Origin: a virus
Taxonomy: Duplodnaviria; Caudoviricetes
DNA length: 35,330 nt
IMG/VR virus record: IMGVR_UViG_3300006803_002143
Span: 1-35,330 of that record
Reading direction: 5' to 3' (one strand)
The notes under the pieces: model-generated
What the model was told of the DNA's origin: nothing
What the model saw: the letters and a program-made list of their open reading frames with translations, nothing else
The model's database searches: none
Made by a program: the position numbers and the translations under genes
Part shown: positions 26,952 through 35,188 of the stretch, one piece after another
How the letters are laid out: every line of letters starts with the position of its first letter
Numbering within the stretch: the first letter of the stretch is position 1

Positions 26952-28001
26952 ATGGATAAAACAATAGTTAAAAAAGAATTAGATAAATTAGTTGCTGAAG
27001 CTGCTATCTCTGGTGAGAAAATTACAAAAAAGGCTCAAGGTACTAGTAATACTCAAAATAAGGCTTATTATAAAGATGTCGAAAAGAAAATGTCTGATTA
27101 TGATAAAGACCTTAAAAAAGATGGTGAAGATAAAATAGACCCAAAGAAATTTCCAGCTGAAGATAAGGATAAGGAATATCACGATGATATGGAAATCATG
27201 AATGGTCAAGAAATGATTGAATATGATAGAGAACCAAATGAGAACTTTAAAGATAGAGCTGTAAAAGCTATTGAAGGTGATTCTACAATGGGTAATAAAA
27301 CATATACAGGCAAGGATAACGGAAATACTGAACCAGTTTGGGGTGCATCTGACGCTGATTTTGGTAAAAATTTAGTAAAAAGAGCAAATGCTTCAGCTAA
27401 GAAAAGAGCTGATTCAATAACACCAACAACTTCAATGGGTGACGATATTGAAATTGACACTAAAAAAGGTGAAAGAGTTCAAGCAAAAAAAATAGCAACA
27501 GAAGGTATGAAAAGATTAAGATTTAAAACTCCATTTAATGGTGTAGGTAATGCTCTAAAATTAATTCCAGAAGCGTTTAAAGTTGATAATAAAAAATTCG
27601 AAATGACTGATGGGCAAGAGAGTTATAAAATAGAATGGCAAGGTTCACTTAGTGAAGGTAAAGCAAAAATTTTAGCAGCTGATTCATCAGAATTAGTAAA
27701 CGAGAGTTTTAGTAAAATTAAACACTTAATGGGTTACAAATCAGAAACTACTTTAGGTTCTTTAGATGGTAACGCTAGAATTACTGAAAATAAAAGAATT
27801 ATGGAAAATGCAACAGGCGTTGGATTTGGTTCTCAAGGAAATGGCTTTACTAGTGAGGGTGACCTTACAGAAACTGAAGTTGTTGAAGAATGTAATGAAT
27901 GTTCTTGTGGTGATGGGAAATCTTGTGATAAGTGTAAACCAGAAATTGTTGATAGAGATTCAGCTGATTGGGAAGAAAAAGCTTTCGGAAATAACGAATA
28001 A
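26952..28001 (+). CDS. Hypothetical protein, putative head/scaffold-associated
   Basis: Highly charged; shares the FEMTDG...LMGYKSE domain with the next gene. Confidence 0.7.
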   Translation: MDKTIVKKELDKLVAEAAISGEKITKKAQGTSNTQNKAYYKDVEKKMSDYDKDLKKDGEDKIDPKKFPAEDKDKEYHDDMEIMNGQEMIEYDREPNENFKDRAVKAIEGDSTMGNKTYTGKDNGNTEPVWGASDADFGKNLVKRANASAKKRADSITPTTSMGDDIEIDTKKGERVQAKKIATEGMKRLRFKTPFNGVGNALKLIPEAFKVDNKKFEMTDGQESYKIEWQGSLSEGKAKILAADSSELVNESFSKIKHLMGYKSETTLGSLDGNARITENKRIMENATGVGFGSQGNGFTSEGDLTETEVVEECNECSCGDGKSCDKCKPEIVDRDSADWEEKAFGNNE

Positions 28002-28004
28002 ATT

Positions 28005-29174
28005 ATGGCATTAAACGAAAAAGGTTTAGGGGTTATTAAAGGTTGGGTTACTGAATTAGGTGCTAGAGATGCTGCATTTAAAATGATTAACCATAATTTA
28101 AGTAAATTAGCGATGGGTCTGGACGTAAATGACTTACCTGATACTATGACTTTAGCTAATGGACTTGATACTATAGAGGAAATGTTAAATGCTGCTGATT
28201 TTGTTAATGCTTGGGATGAAGCTAAAATGACTGCAAGAGAAATGTTAGAAGATGAGGGGTTTCCAGGTATGTTTGAAAATAAGAAATTAAAAGAAAATAA
28301 AAAAATGAAAAGAGTAAGATATAAAACAGAATTTAAGAGCATTGAAGATGCATTAACAAAAGTTCCTAACCAACTTAAAGAAAACAACGAAGTTTTCGAA
28401 ATGACTGATGGTAATAAAACTATTCAAGTTAGATGGGAAGGTACTTTAGAAGAAGGTATGGCGGTTCCATTAACGGAAGTAGATAATACTTTAATTAGTG
28501 AAGATATTTCTAAGATGAAAAACCTTATGGGTTATAAATCTGAAAAAACAATTGGAACTCCAACTGCTAATAATAGAGTGAGTGAAAATAAAACCTTCAG
28601 AGATTTATTATCAACTGCTAAAAAAAAAAGCTTAAATGAGTCGATAAATATCGATGAAATTGCAGGTTTACATGAAAGTGAACTTTTAGATGAAGGTTTA
28701 ATGTCTAAATTAGGTAAAATTGCGGTGATGTTAGGTTTATCTATAGCTTCATTCACAGCAATGGCTCAAGAAAGCCCTAAGAAGGCCGTAGAGGTACTTA
28801 AACAAAAAGCAAGTAAGTTAACACCAGAACAATTAGATAACATCACAAATGCTACTGGAATTGAATTTACAACTGATACTGCTAATGATTTATTTCAGTG
28901 GGATAATAATAGTTTTACACCACAACCAGTTCCAGACTTATATTTAGGTAAGTATGGTGATATTGAAGCTGCTAAAGTTATTGATAAGCAAAGAGATAAT
29001 AATGGTAATATAAGTTATACAGTACAAGTTAATAAAACTTATAGTAACGATTCTAACTTCAGTACTATTAGAAGTTATATTGGAAATCAAAACAAAAAAT
29101 TAAAGGGGGCAACAATTAAATTTGTTGATTATAAAGGAAGTTCATATGGCGGTAAAGAAATAACCTATAAATAA
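28005..29174 (+). CDS. Hypothetical modular protein with internal signal-peptide-like segment
   Basis: Paralogous FEMTDG domain; internal MSKLGKIAVMLGLSIASFTAMAQ. Confidence 0.7.
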   Translation: MALNEKGLGVIKGWVTELGARDAAFKMINHNLSKLAMGLDVNDLPDTMTLANGLDTIEEMLNAADFVNAWDEAKMTAREMLEDEGFPGMFENKKLKENKKMKRVRYKTEFKSIEDALTKVPNQLKENNEVFEMTDGNKTIQVRWEGTLEEGMAVPLTEVDNTLISEDISKMKNLMGYKSEKTIGTPTANNRVSENKTFRDLLSTAKKKSLNESINIDEIAGLHESELLDEGLMSKLGKIAVMLGLSIASFTAMAQESPKKAVEVLKQKASKLTPEQLDNITNATGIEFTTDTANDLFQWDNNSFTPQPVPDLYLGKYGDIEAAKVIDKQRDNNGNISYTVQVNKTYSNDSNFSTIRSYIGNQNKKLKGATIKFVDYKGSSYGGKEITYK

Positions 29175-29196
29175 AAATTTCATAAAACTACAAAAA

Positions 29197-29227
29197 AAAC
29201 CTACTCTAACGAGTGGGTTTCTTTTTT
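29197..29227 (+). terminator. Intrinsic terminator
   Basis: aaacctactc-taac-gagtgggttt hairpin followed by ctttttt. Confidence 0.7.
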
Positions 29228-29233
29228 ACTAGA

Positions 29234-29241
29234 TATTTATA
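29234..29241 (+). promoter_or_regulatory. Putative late promoter TATTTATA
   Basis: 19 nt upstream of ATG 29253. Confidence 0.6.
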
Positions 29242-29252
29242 ATAAAAAAGTT

Positions 29253-29744
29253 ATGAGTATAGAAGTATCAAAGTATGTTAGTTATGATGAAGCAGTTATT
29301 AGTAACACTGCGTTAAAAAAAAATATTGACAACACACCAAATCTAAGTCAATTAGAAAACATTAGAGTTTTATGTAGAAAGGTATTTGACCCTCTTAGAG
29401 TGTGGGTAGGTGGCCCTGTTAAAGTTAACTCAGTATTTAGAAGCCCAAAATTAAATGCGGCAATTGGTGGTAGTAAATCATCACAGCACATGGCTCTTAA
29501 AGGGGCGGCAATAGATATTGATGATAATCACAAACACAAAACGAATTTAGAGATGTTTCATTACATCAAAGATAATTTAGAGTTTGACCAATTGATTGCA
29601 GAGTTTCCAAATAATGGAAAACCAAGATGGTTACATATATCCTACAATGAAGGTGCTAATAGAAACAGAATCTTAATAGCAACCAAAATTAATAAAAAAA
29701 CAACTTATTTACCATATATTGGTAATGAGCACTTAGTAGGTTAA
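29253..29744 (+). CDS. Peptidase M15 family peptidoglycan hydrolase (putative endolysin)
   Basis: NSVFRSPKLNAAIGG...SQH...GAAID and WLHISY zinc motifs. Confidence 0.85.
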   Translation: MSIEVSKYVSYDEAVISNTALKKNIDNTPNLSQLENIRVLCRKVFDPLRVWVGGPVKVNSVFRSPKLNAAIGGSKSSQHMALKGAAIDIDDNHKHKTNLEMFHYIKDNLEFDQLIAEFPNNGKPRWLHISYNEGANRNRILIATKINKKTTYLPYIGNEHLVG

Positions 29745-29748
29745 AATT

Positions 29749-30216
29749 ATGATTGAAAACTTAGATAAATTACTAAACCGTATGTCAAGACCTTTATCTC
29801 TTATGGAGACTGAATTAATCTATGACAGTAATCGAATCGTTTATGAAAGAAGCGATTTATATATAGATTTTATTTTAACATTAGATGACCTAATTAAAAC
29901 AACTTATTTTGGTCACGATATGATGGATGAACAAGAAAGGGTTAATCATTATAATTGGTGTTGGAATAAGACATGTGATTTAGTAAATACTAAACTAATA
30001 AAATTCAATCGAAATGACAATGCATATGTGTATCTACTAGACACATATTTAGAATCGTTCTATGACGATAAAACTATTGTTATTCATTTAACAAATTTCT
30101 GGAAACATATATTTAATTATAATGTTAAAAAATCTCAACCAGAAATTGACACATATTTGAAACTTTATAAAATTTTCGAAGACTCTTATAACAAAAAAGT
30201 GTATAAAAATACATAA
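29749..30216 (+). CDS. Hypothetical protein
   Basis: 155-aa ORF in operon. Confidence 0.7.
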   Translation: MIENLDKLLNRMSRPLSLMETELIYDSNRIVYERSDLYIDFILTLDDLIKTTYFGHDMMDEQERVNHYNWCWNKTCDLVNTKLIKFNRNDNAYVYLLDTYLESFYDDKTIVIHLTNFWKHIFNYNVKKSQPEIDTYLKLYKIFEDSYNKKVYKNT

Positions 30217-30231
30217 AATCGTACTTTTCTA

Positions 30232-30259
30232 TTTATTTTTTTAAAATCTTATGTATATT
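30232..30259 (+). promoter_or_regulatory. Putative sigma70-like (middle) promoter TTTATT-N16-TATATT
   Basis: Variant of the motif at 2703, 8551 and 32751. Confidence 0.4.
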
Positions 30260-30265
30260 ACACAT

Positions 30266-30508
30266 ATGAGATTGAAAAATATAATATTAACGGAACTAGC
30301 TCATGAGCGATTAATTGCTTATGAAGAGTTAGAGCGTGTAATGAACGATAAGGGTGATATTCAGAAAACTAAAAAGAAAATTAGAAGATACCTCAAATCA
30401 ATCGTTCAATTGAACGCTATGATTAATGAGTGGGAATCAATCAATAACGAACCACCATTAAGCATAACCGATTTAAAAGAACAGTTAAATAAACAAGGAA
30501 ATGAATAA
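30266..30508 (+). CDS. Hypothetical helical protein
   Basis: Likely start MRLKNII at 30266. Confidence 0.65.
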   Translation: MRLKNIILTELAHERLIAYEELERVMNDKGDIQKTKKKIRRYLKSIVQLNAMINEWESINNEPPLSITDLKEQLNKQGNE

Positions 30509-30689
30509 TTACGAAGAATTAGAATCATTAATGAATCAACTTAAAGTTGATTTACAAAAGTTTTACCATAAAGGTAATCAAGCGGCCTCAGTAAGAGCAA
30601 GGAAAACCCTTCAAAGTATTAAAGAACAGGCTCAAAATATAAGGATGGATATTTCTAACAGTAGAAAAATACTTAAAATAGATAAATAA
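30501..30689 (+). CDS. Histone H1-like (Hc1-type) small protein
   Basis: KFYHKGNQAASVRARKTLQSIK...R motif. Confidence 0.75.
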   Translation: MNNYEELESLMNQLKVDLQKFYHKGNQAASVRARKTLQSIKEQAQNIRMDISNSRKILKIDK

Positions 30690-30886
30690 TGGGAACTGAA
30701 TTAATAAATTTATTTTTATTGACGGCTTTTATTATATCGATTTTAAACATCATTAAAAACGTATTTCAAATAATGCCATTTATTAAACAAGGTGTGAGAG
30801 CACCAATAACTTCTATTGAGATGTTCTTATTTGGTTTATCAATAGCTTATGTGATTGCGTTCATCATTAAAGGATTAGGAATATAA
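30689..30886 (+). CDS. Small two-TM membrane protein
   Basis: Two hydrophobic helices; TAATG coupling. Confidence 0.6.
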   Translation: MGTELINLFLLTAFIISILNIIKNVFQIMPFIKQGVRAPITSIEMFLFGLSIAYVIAFIIKGLGI

Positions 30887-31548
30887 TGTCAAATATAAAC
30901 AAAAGATTAAACGAACTTAGCCCACATGTGCTAGGGATTAGATTTACAAATAATATTAGTGTGGTAGATACCTTCTTCAAAGAAGGGTGGTCATTACCAA
31001 AATCAGATATTGTGGGTCATGAAGCTATCCCAAATAGGGATAATAATTATATGCTCTACCCACAAAATGAAGGTGTTGGTGTTGATGAAATGTTGGATTA
31101 TGTTGCATATGTAATTAGAGTTAATATTGAAAGAGAGAAGAAGATTGAACTTCTTCAAGTTAAAATTAATGAGTTAAAACATATTTTCACAAAATCATCA
31201 TTAGCGAAATGTGAAACGTTAACATTTAAGTTTTCAGATTTATTGGAACCAAAGGTAGAAATGCCCGATGATATTGATTTGCCAATAATAGACTCTCAAA
31301 TAGCAGAAACCTCTTCAGTTATTGAAAATGTTATAACTGAAGAAGAAATAAGTGATGTACCAATTGCTGAAGTACCTAAAAACACTAAAGAAGTGGAAAG
31401 GTTTAATACAGCAAAAGTAAATAACGAGACATTTGATTTACCACCTAAAGGTAAAATTATAGTTGAGGAATTTAATGCACCAGATGTGGTTTGTAAATGT
31501 GACCCTAATGACTCAAATCAAGTGTGCCCAGAATGTATAGGATATTAA
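30886..31548 (+). CDS. Hypothetical protein with C-terminal Cys cluster
   Basis: CKC...CPEC at the C-terminus. Confidence 0.7.
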   Translation: MSNINKRLNELSPHVLGIRFTNNISVVDTFFKEGWSLPKSDIVGHEAIPNRDNNYMLYPQNEGVGVDEMLDYVAYVIRVNIEREKKIELLQVKINELKHIFTKSSLAKCETLTFKFSDLLEPKVEMPDDIDLPIIDSQIAETSSVIENVITEEEISDVPIAEVPKNTKEVERFNTAKVNNETFDLPPKGKIIVEEFNAPDVVCKCDPNDSNQVCPECIGY

Positions 31549-31549
31549 T

Positions 31550-31852
31550 ATGAAAGTAGTATTATTTTTTGTGTTAGCGTATGGAATTGCTAATATCATG
31601 GTATTCTCATCAATCTTTAGAGGGTGGAGAGAATTTTGGAAGTCAATATCGCCAAACTTTTTTGGTGAATTATTCAGTTGTATGATTTGTTTACCATTTT
31701 GGATAGGAATTTTATTATCAATTTTTGTATTTTCTATAAATATCTCATATTTAGGGGTAAAGCCTGATGTTTTAGCATGGTTTTTAGATGGATGTTTAAC
31801 TTCAGGTGGTGTGTGGCTTATACATACATTACAAGAAAAGTTAGAGAAATGA
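31550..31852 (+). CDS. DUF1360-like membrane protein
   Basis: SIFRGWR...ELFSCMICLPFW motif with TM helices. Confidence 0.6.
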   Translation: MKVVLFFVLAYGIANIMVFSSIFRGWREFWKSISPNFFGELFSCMICLPFWIGILLSIFVFSINISYLGVKPDVLAWFLDGCLTSGGVWLIHTLQEKLEK

Positions 31853-32046
31853 ACAATTGGGAAATAAATAAAGAAGTTAAATTTATCGAGAAGGATAAAA
31901 AATCAACTGAAGTGAGAAAGAATAAGTTCATTCAGGAAATAAAAAGTGGTTTAGGTGATGAAATAAAAAATAAATTAACACCACTACCTAAAGGAAAAAA
32001 TAAAGGTAATTTTATTACCAGATTCTTTAAAAGATTATTTTTATGA
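31849..32046 (+). CDS. Hypothetical protein
   Basis: Likely start MNNWEINK at the ATGA overlap, 31849. Confidence 0.6.
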   Translation: MNNWEINKEVKFIEKDKKSTEVRKNKFIQEIKSGLGDEIKNKLTPLPKGKNKGNFITRFFKRLFL

Positions 32047-32276
32047 ATTACGATAAGTTAATAGAAACAATTAAAGTCATAGTTAATGACGAAGCAGTTT
32101 ACACGAAGGGCCTAACAATGGTCTATTCAATGGATGCTAAAAAGCATAAAAAAATTAGTGAACATTTTTTCTATAAACTTACAGGAGATTCAAATAATAA
32201 ATATGAATACACTGAAGAATTTGAAATTGAGATTGCTGGAATTTTAATAAAGTTTGTGATAAATAATGAAATGTAA
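32043..32276 (+). CDS. Hypothetical protein
   Basis: ATGA overlap; 77 aa. Confidence 0.65.
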   Translation: MNYDKLIETIKVIVNDEAVYTKGLTMVYSMDAKKHKKISEHFFYKLTGDSNNKYEYTEEFEIEIAGILIKFVINNEM

Positions 32277-32448
32277 ATTTTTAAGAACTAAATGTTTTAC
32301 CTTCTATAAATGTAGTAGGGTTGGATATTTATGGTTCAGATTATTTAATTTTAAAATATCATTTAAACACATTAATAACTATGACTTTAAAAGTGAAAAC
32401 CCAAGGGGTTTTATAATAGGTCATTGGATAATAAATATAGTAAAATAA
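32266..32448 (+). CDS. Hypothetical protein
   Basis: 60 aa; fills the operon gap. Confidence 0.45.
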   Translation: MKCKFLRTKCFTFYKCSRVGYLWFRLFNFKISFKHINNYDFKSENPRGFIIGHWIINIVK

Positions 32449-32454
32449 AAAGAC

Positions 32455-32709
32455 ATGGAAAACAAAAACGAATTTACTGTTGATACAGCCGTAAATGCAG
32501 AAGTAACACAAGTAGAAGCACCACAAGGAATTCAATTAAGTGATGAGGAAAAAGCACTTATCGAGACTCAAAGACAAGAATCCGCTAAATTAAATGCTTT
32601 TAGAGAAGGTTACCAAAGGTTAGTTCAAGACACAGGGTTTGCTTGGGCGGTTGATTTACAATCACCGTTAGGGGCACCAAAACTTGGTGTTACTAGAATC
32701 AATAGATAA
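32455..32709 (+). CDS. Hypothetical protein
   Basis: 84 aa; followed by a terminator. Confidence 0.7.
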   Translation: MENKNEFTVDTAVNAEVTQVEAPQGIQLSDEEKALIETQRQESAKLNAFREGYQRLVQDTGFAWAVDLQSPLGAPKLGVTRINR

Positions 32710-32721
32710 AAAGAAACGAAT

Positions 32722-32749
32722 AAAAACCGCAATTAATTGCGGTTTTTTT
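32722..32749 (+). terminator. Intrinsic terminator (perfect palindrome, potentially bidirectional)
   Basis: aaaaaccgcaattaattgcggttttttt. Confidence 0.8.
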
Positions 32750-32750
32750 A

Positions 32751-32779
32751 TTTACTAATCCAAAAATTTTACCTATAAT
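32751..32779 (+). promoter_or_regulatory. Putative sigma70-like (middle) promoter TTTACT-N17-TATAAT
   Basis: Directly after the terminator, 20 nt before ATG 32800. Confidence 0.55.
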
Positions 32780-32799
32780 TGATTTATAAAAGAAAATTT

Positions 32800-33003
32800 A
32801 TGAAGATAGTAATTAAAGAAATGTCTGCCGATAGAAATAAACTACTTGTTTATTTAATGACAGATGATAACGTACCCGTAAAGTGTGAAATGACTACCAA
32901 AAATAACTCTAAAAAAGTTATCGATGAGTTAACACCTGAAGGTAGTAAGGATATCACTACAATAACTTATAAATACCCAGAAAATATTTTAGAAGATGAG
33001 TAA
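32800..33003 (+). CDS. Hypothetical protein
   Basis: Likely start MKIVIKE at 32800. Confidence 0.6.
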   Translation: MKIVIKEMSADRNKLLVYLMTDDNVPVKCEMTTKNNSKKVIDELTPEGSKDITTITYKYPENILEDE

Positions 33004-33322
33004 AGAGCAACCATTAATATTAGTCTTTTACATGGATAGAGCAACATTATCACAACAAAAGATAATGAAAATAATCTCTGACGAAGTAAAAAAAGCTTTA
33101 GATGCCAAAGAGGTTAATGCTGTAACATTCTTTGTACCAACTGAAAATAAAGAACGTGTTGAATGTATCAACCCAGTTATCGCTACAGATGAACAAATAG
33201 CACGAATAAACACTTTAATAGATGATATTGAAAAATCTTTCGATGTTAATAATGATTTAACCCAAGATGATTATGATGACTACGAAGGTAGTGCCGTAAA
33301 ACCATTTAAAGGAGATGATTAA
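32996..33322 (+). CDS. Hypothetical protein
   Basis: 108 aa; overlaps both neighbours. Confidence 0.7.
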   Translation: MSKEQPLILVFYMDRATLSQQKIMKIISDEVKKALDAKEVNAVTFFVPTENKERVECINPVIATDEQIARINTLIDDIEKSFDVNNDLTQDDYDDYEGSAVKPFKGDD

Positions 33323-33767
33323 AATTCCACACGCACATAACTTAAATTGGGATTCTATGGGTTGGTTAAATAGTCCCTTAAAACCAAATTCTTACACTCA
33401 AAAGGATTGGAATCAAACTCTTTTAACTAAGCTTAATCAAGCGTCAGCACAAATATTTCAAGAAAGTCGTAGAGGTGGTGCTAATACTATAAGGTTTAAT
33501 AGTAAAATTTTAGAAATTATCAAAACTTTAGAATATTATTCAGAGGAAGAAAATAAAGTAGGTTATAAATATCAAATTGAAATAGATGATTTAATATTTG
33601 AAAACTCAATCTATATATTTAGAGATACTATAAAACGAAGTGATATTCTAATTCCATTAGATAGATTTGATGGGGTGGTCAAAATAGAACATTTAGCTGA
33701 TACTAGACCATTAGAAATTGGTGAGGTACACTATAAAACGACAAGTAACACTAAAGAAATTAATTAA
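33315..33767 (+). CDS. Stand-alone fragment homologous to a gp23-type major capsid protein (A-domain region)
   Basis: YTQKDWNQTLLTKLNQASAQIFQESRRGGAN resembles the gp23-family 'I...a..I...T.RG.gN' segment. Confidence 0.6.
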   Translation: MIKIPHAHNLNWDSMGWLNSPLKPNSYTQKDWNQTLLTKLNQASAQIFQESRRGGANTIRFNSKILEIIKTLEYYSEEENKVGYKYQIEIDDLIFENSIYIFRDTIKRSDILIPLDRFDGVVKIEHLADTRPLEIGEVHYKTTSNTKEIN

Positions 33768-33807
33768 TTTAAAAAGAGATTAGTTTGTAAATTAGATATT
33801 TTAAATT

Positions 33808-34314
33808 ATGAAAGTTAAAAAAAATGATACCGAAATGAATAATTGTGTTGTAATTAAAGCACCAGAGAAATTAAGCAATGCTGGAACAACAGTATTCTTA
33901 GCGGGTTCAATTGAAATGGGTAAAGCTGTTGATTGGCAAACTCAAATTGAAAATAAACTTAAAGAAAAATTAACTGGTGACCAAATAGTTACTCTTTATA
34001 ATCCAAGACGTGATGATTGGGACAGCTCGTGGTCTCAAACAATTGAAAATGATAATTTTAGAGAGCAAGTAGAATGGGAATTAGATGCGTTAGAAAAAGC
34101 TGATAAAATTGTTGTTTATATTGACCCTGAAACCAAGTCACCAATCACTCTAATGGAATTAGGTTTACATGCTCATAGCGGTAACGTTTGTGTGTGTTGC
34201 CCTGAAGGTTTCTTTAGAAAGGGTAATATTGATATCCTTTGTAATAAATATGATATCCCAATGGTTGATGATGTTGATGGATTAATAAAATTCATATTAG
34301 ATGAAAGCAATTAA
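33808..34314 (+). CDS. Nucleoside 2-deoxyribosyltransferase-like protein
   Basis: VFLAGSIEMG..DWQ, NPRR, QVEWE and SPITLMELG motifs. Confidence 0.8.
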   Translation: MKVKKNDTEMNNCVVIKAPEKLSNAGTTVFLAGSIEMGKAVDWQTQIENKLKEKLTGDQIVTLYNPRRDDWDSSWSQTIENDNFREQVEWELDALEKADKIVVYIDPETKSPITLMELGLHAHSGNVCVCCPEGFFRKGNIDILCNKYDIPMVDDVDGLIKFILDESN

Positions 34315-34570
34315 AATAATACAAGTTACCACACCAATGTTTGAATATAAAGGTGTTAAGTATTATGTAGAGCAACGTAGATACCCAAATTTTAATAAAT
34401 TCCAAGATTATATTGATAGGATGATTAGAAAAGGTGCAACTCACCTTTTTATATATAACACTATGAATACATATCCTGATGATAAACCGATTTGTGATTA
34501 TGGTGAGGGAATGGAACATATTTTTGAAATTTGGATAAGATGTAAATTTGTAGAAATTAAAGTGTTATGA
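34301..34570 (+). CDS. Hypothetical protein
   Basis: 89 aa in operon. Confidence 0.6.
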   Translation: MKAIKIIQVTTPMFEYKGVKYYVEQRRYPNFNKFQDYIDRMIRKGATHLFIYNTMNTYPDDKPICDYGEGMEHIFEIWIRCKFVEIKVL

Positions 34571-34731
34571 GACAAATTAATATAGGGCAGACATATTCAT
34601 TGGATTTGGGGCAACAAGCACCAGTTGTGGTTAAAGTTATTAAATTTATTGATGATAAAACTGTATTATGTAAATACTTGTATTCTTGGGAAGGAAGAAC
34701 TGAGGAATTATCGTTAGAATTCTTTAAATAA
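34567..34731 (+). CDS. Small hypothetical protein (54 aa, MRQINIGQTY...), not in the ORF track
   Basis: ATGA overlap; fills the gap to 34734. Confidence 0.6.
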   Translation: MRQINIGQTYSLDLGQQAPVVVKVIKFIDDKTVLCKYLYSWEGRTEELSLEFFK

Positions 34732-34733
34732 TT

Positions 34734-35132
34734 ATGTGTTTCGGATGTGCCCATAGAAGTGATTTAGAAAGTGGTAAAATACCACCCAATACTACTTTTG
34801 AGGAATATATGGAAAAGTATTTTTGGATTAAATTACCTGAAGGTAAAACAATTGAAAATATTTTAGATGATTGGATTAAAGAAAAAACTCAATGGGCCAC
34901 TTACATGGTTGAATGTTCAGATGGAACAATATACACAGGAATCTCTAACAACGTTTCTAAGCGCATTTCAGACCATAATGATGGCAAAGGAGCTAAATAT
35001 ACTAGAAGTCGCTTACCAGTGGTCTTAAAATGGACTCAGAGTTGTAAGGATAGGTCTATGGCAAGTAAATTAGAATATAAAATAAAGAAATTAAGTAGAA
35101 AGCAAAAATTAAAATTAATTAAAGATGGATAA
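34734..35132 (+). CDS. Small GIY-YIG nuclease (UPF0213/YhbQ-like)
   Basis: YMVECSDGTIYTGI...R...HN.GKGAKYTR.R.PV...E..IK motif. Confidence 0.85.
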   Translation: MCFGCAHRSDLESGKIPPNTTFEEYMEKYFWIKLPEGKTIENILDDWIKEKTQWATYMVECSDGTIYTGISNNVSKRISDHNDGKGAKYTRSRLPVVLKWTQSCKDRSMASKLEYKIKKLSRKQKLKLIKDG

Positions 35133-35188
35133 AGCAATTATTAAACATTTAAAATCTCAAGGTTATAATGAACTTCAGATTAAGGAAT

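Noticed and set aside
4023-34754. Short antisense or nested ORFs in the track (e.g. 4023, 5489, 8583, 19364, 19778, 20284, 27766, 27833, 34557)
   Set aside because: They overlap well-supported genes and look like shadow ORFs with no recognisable motifs.
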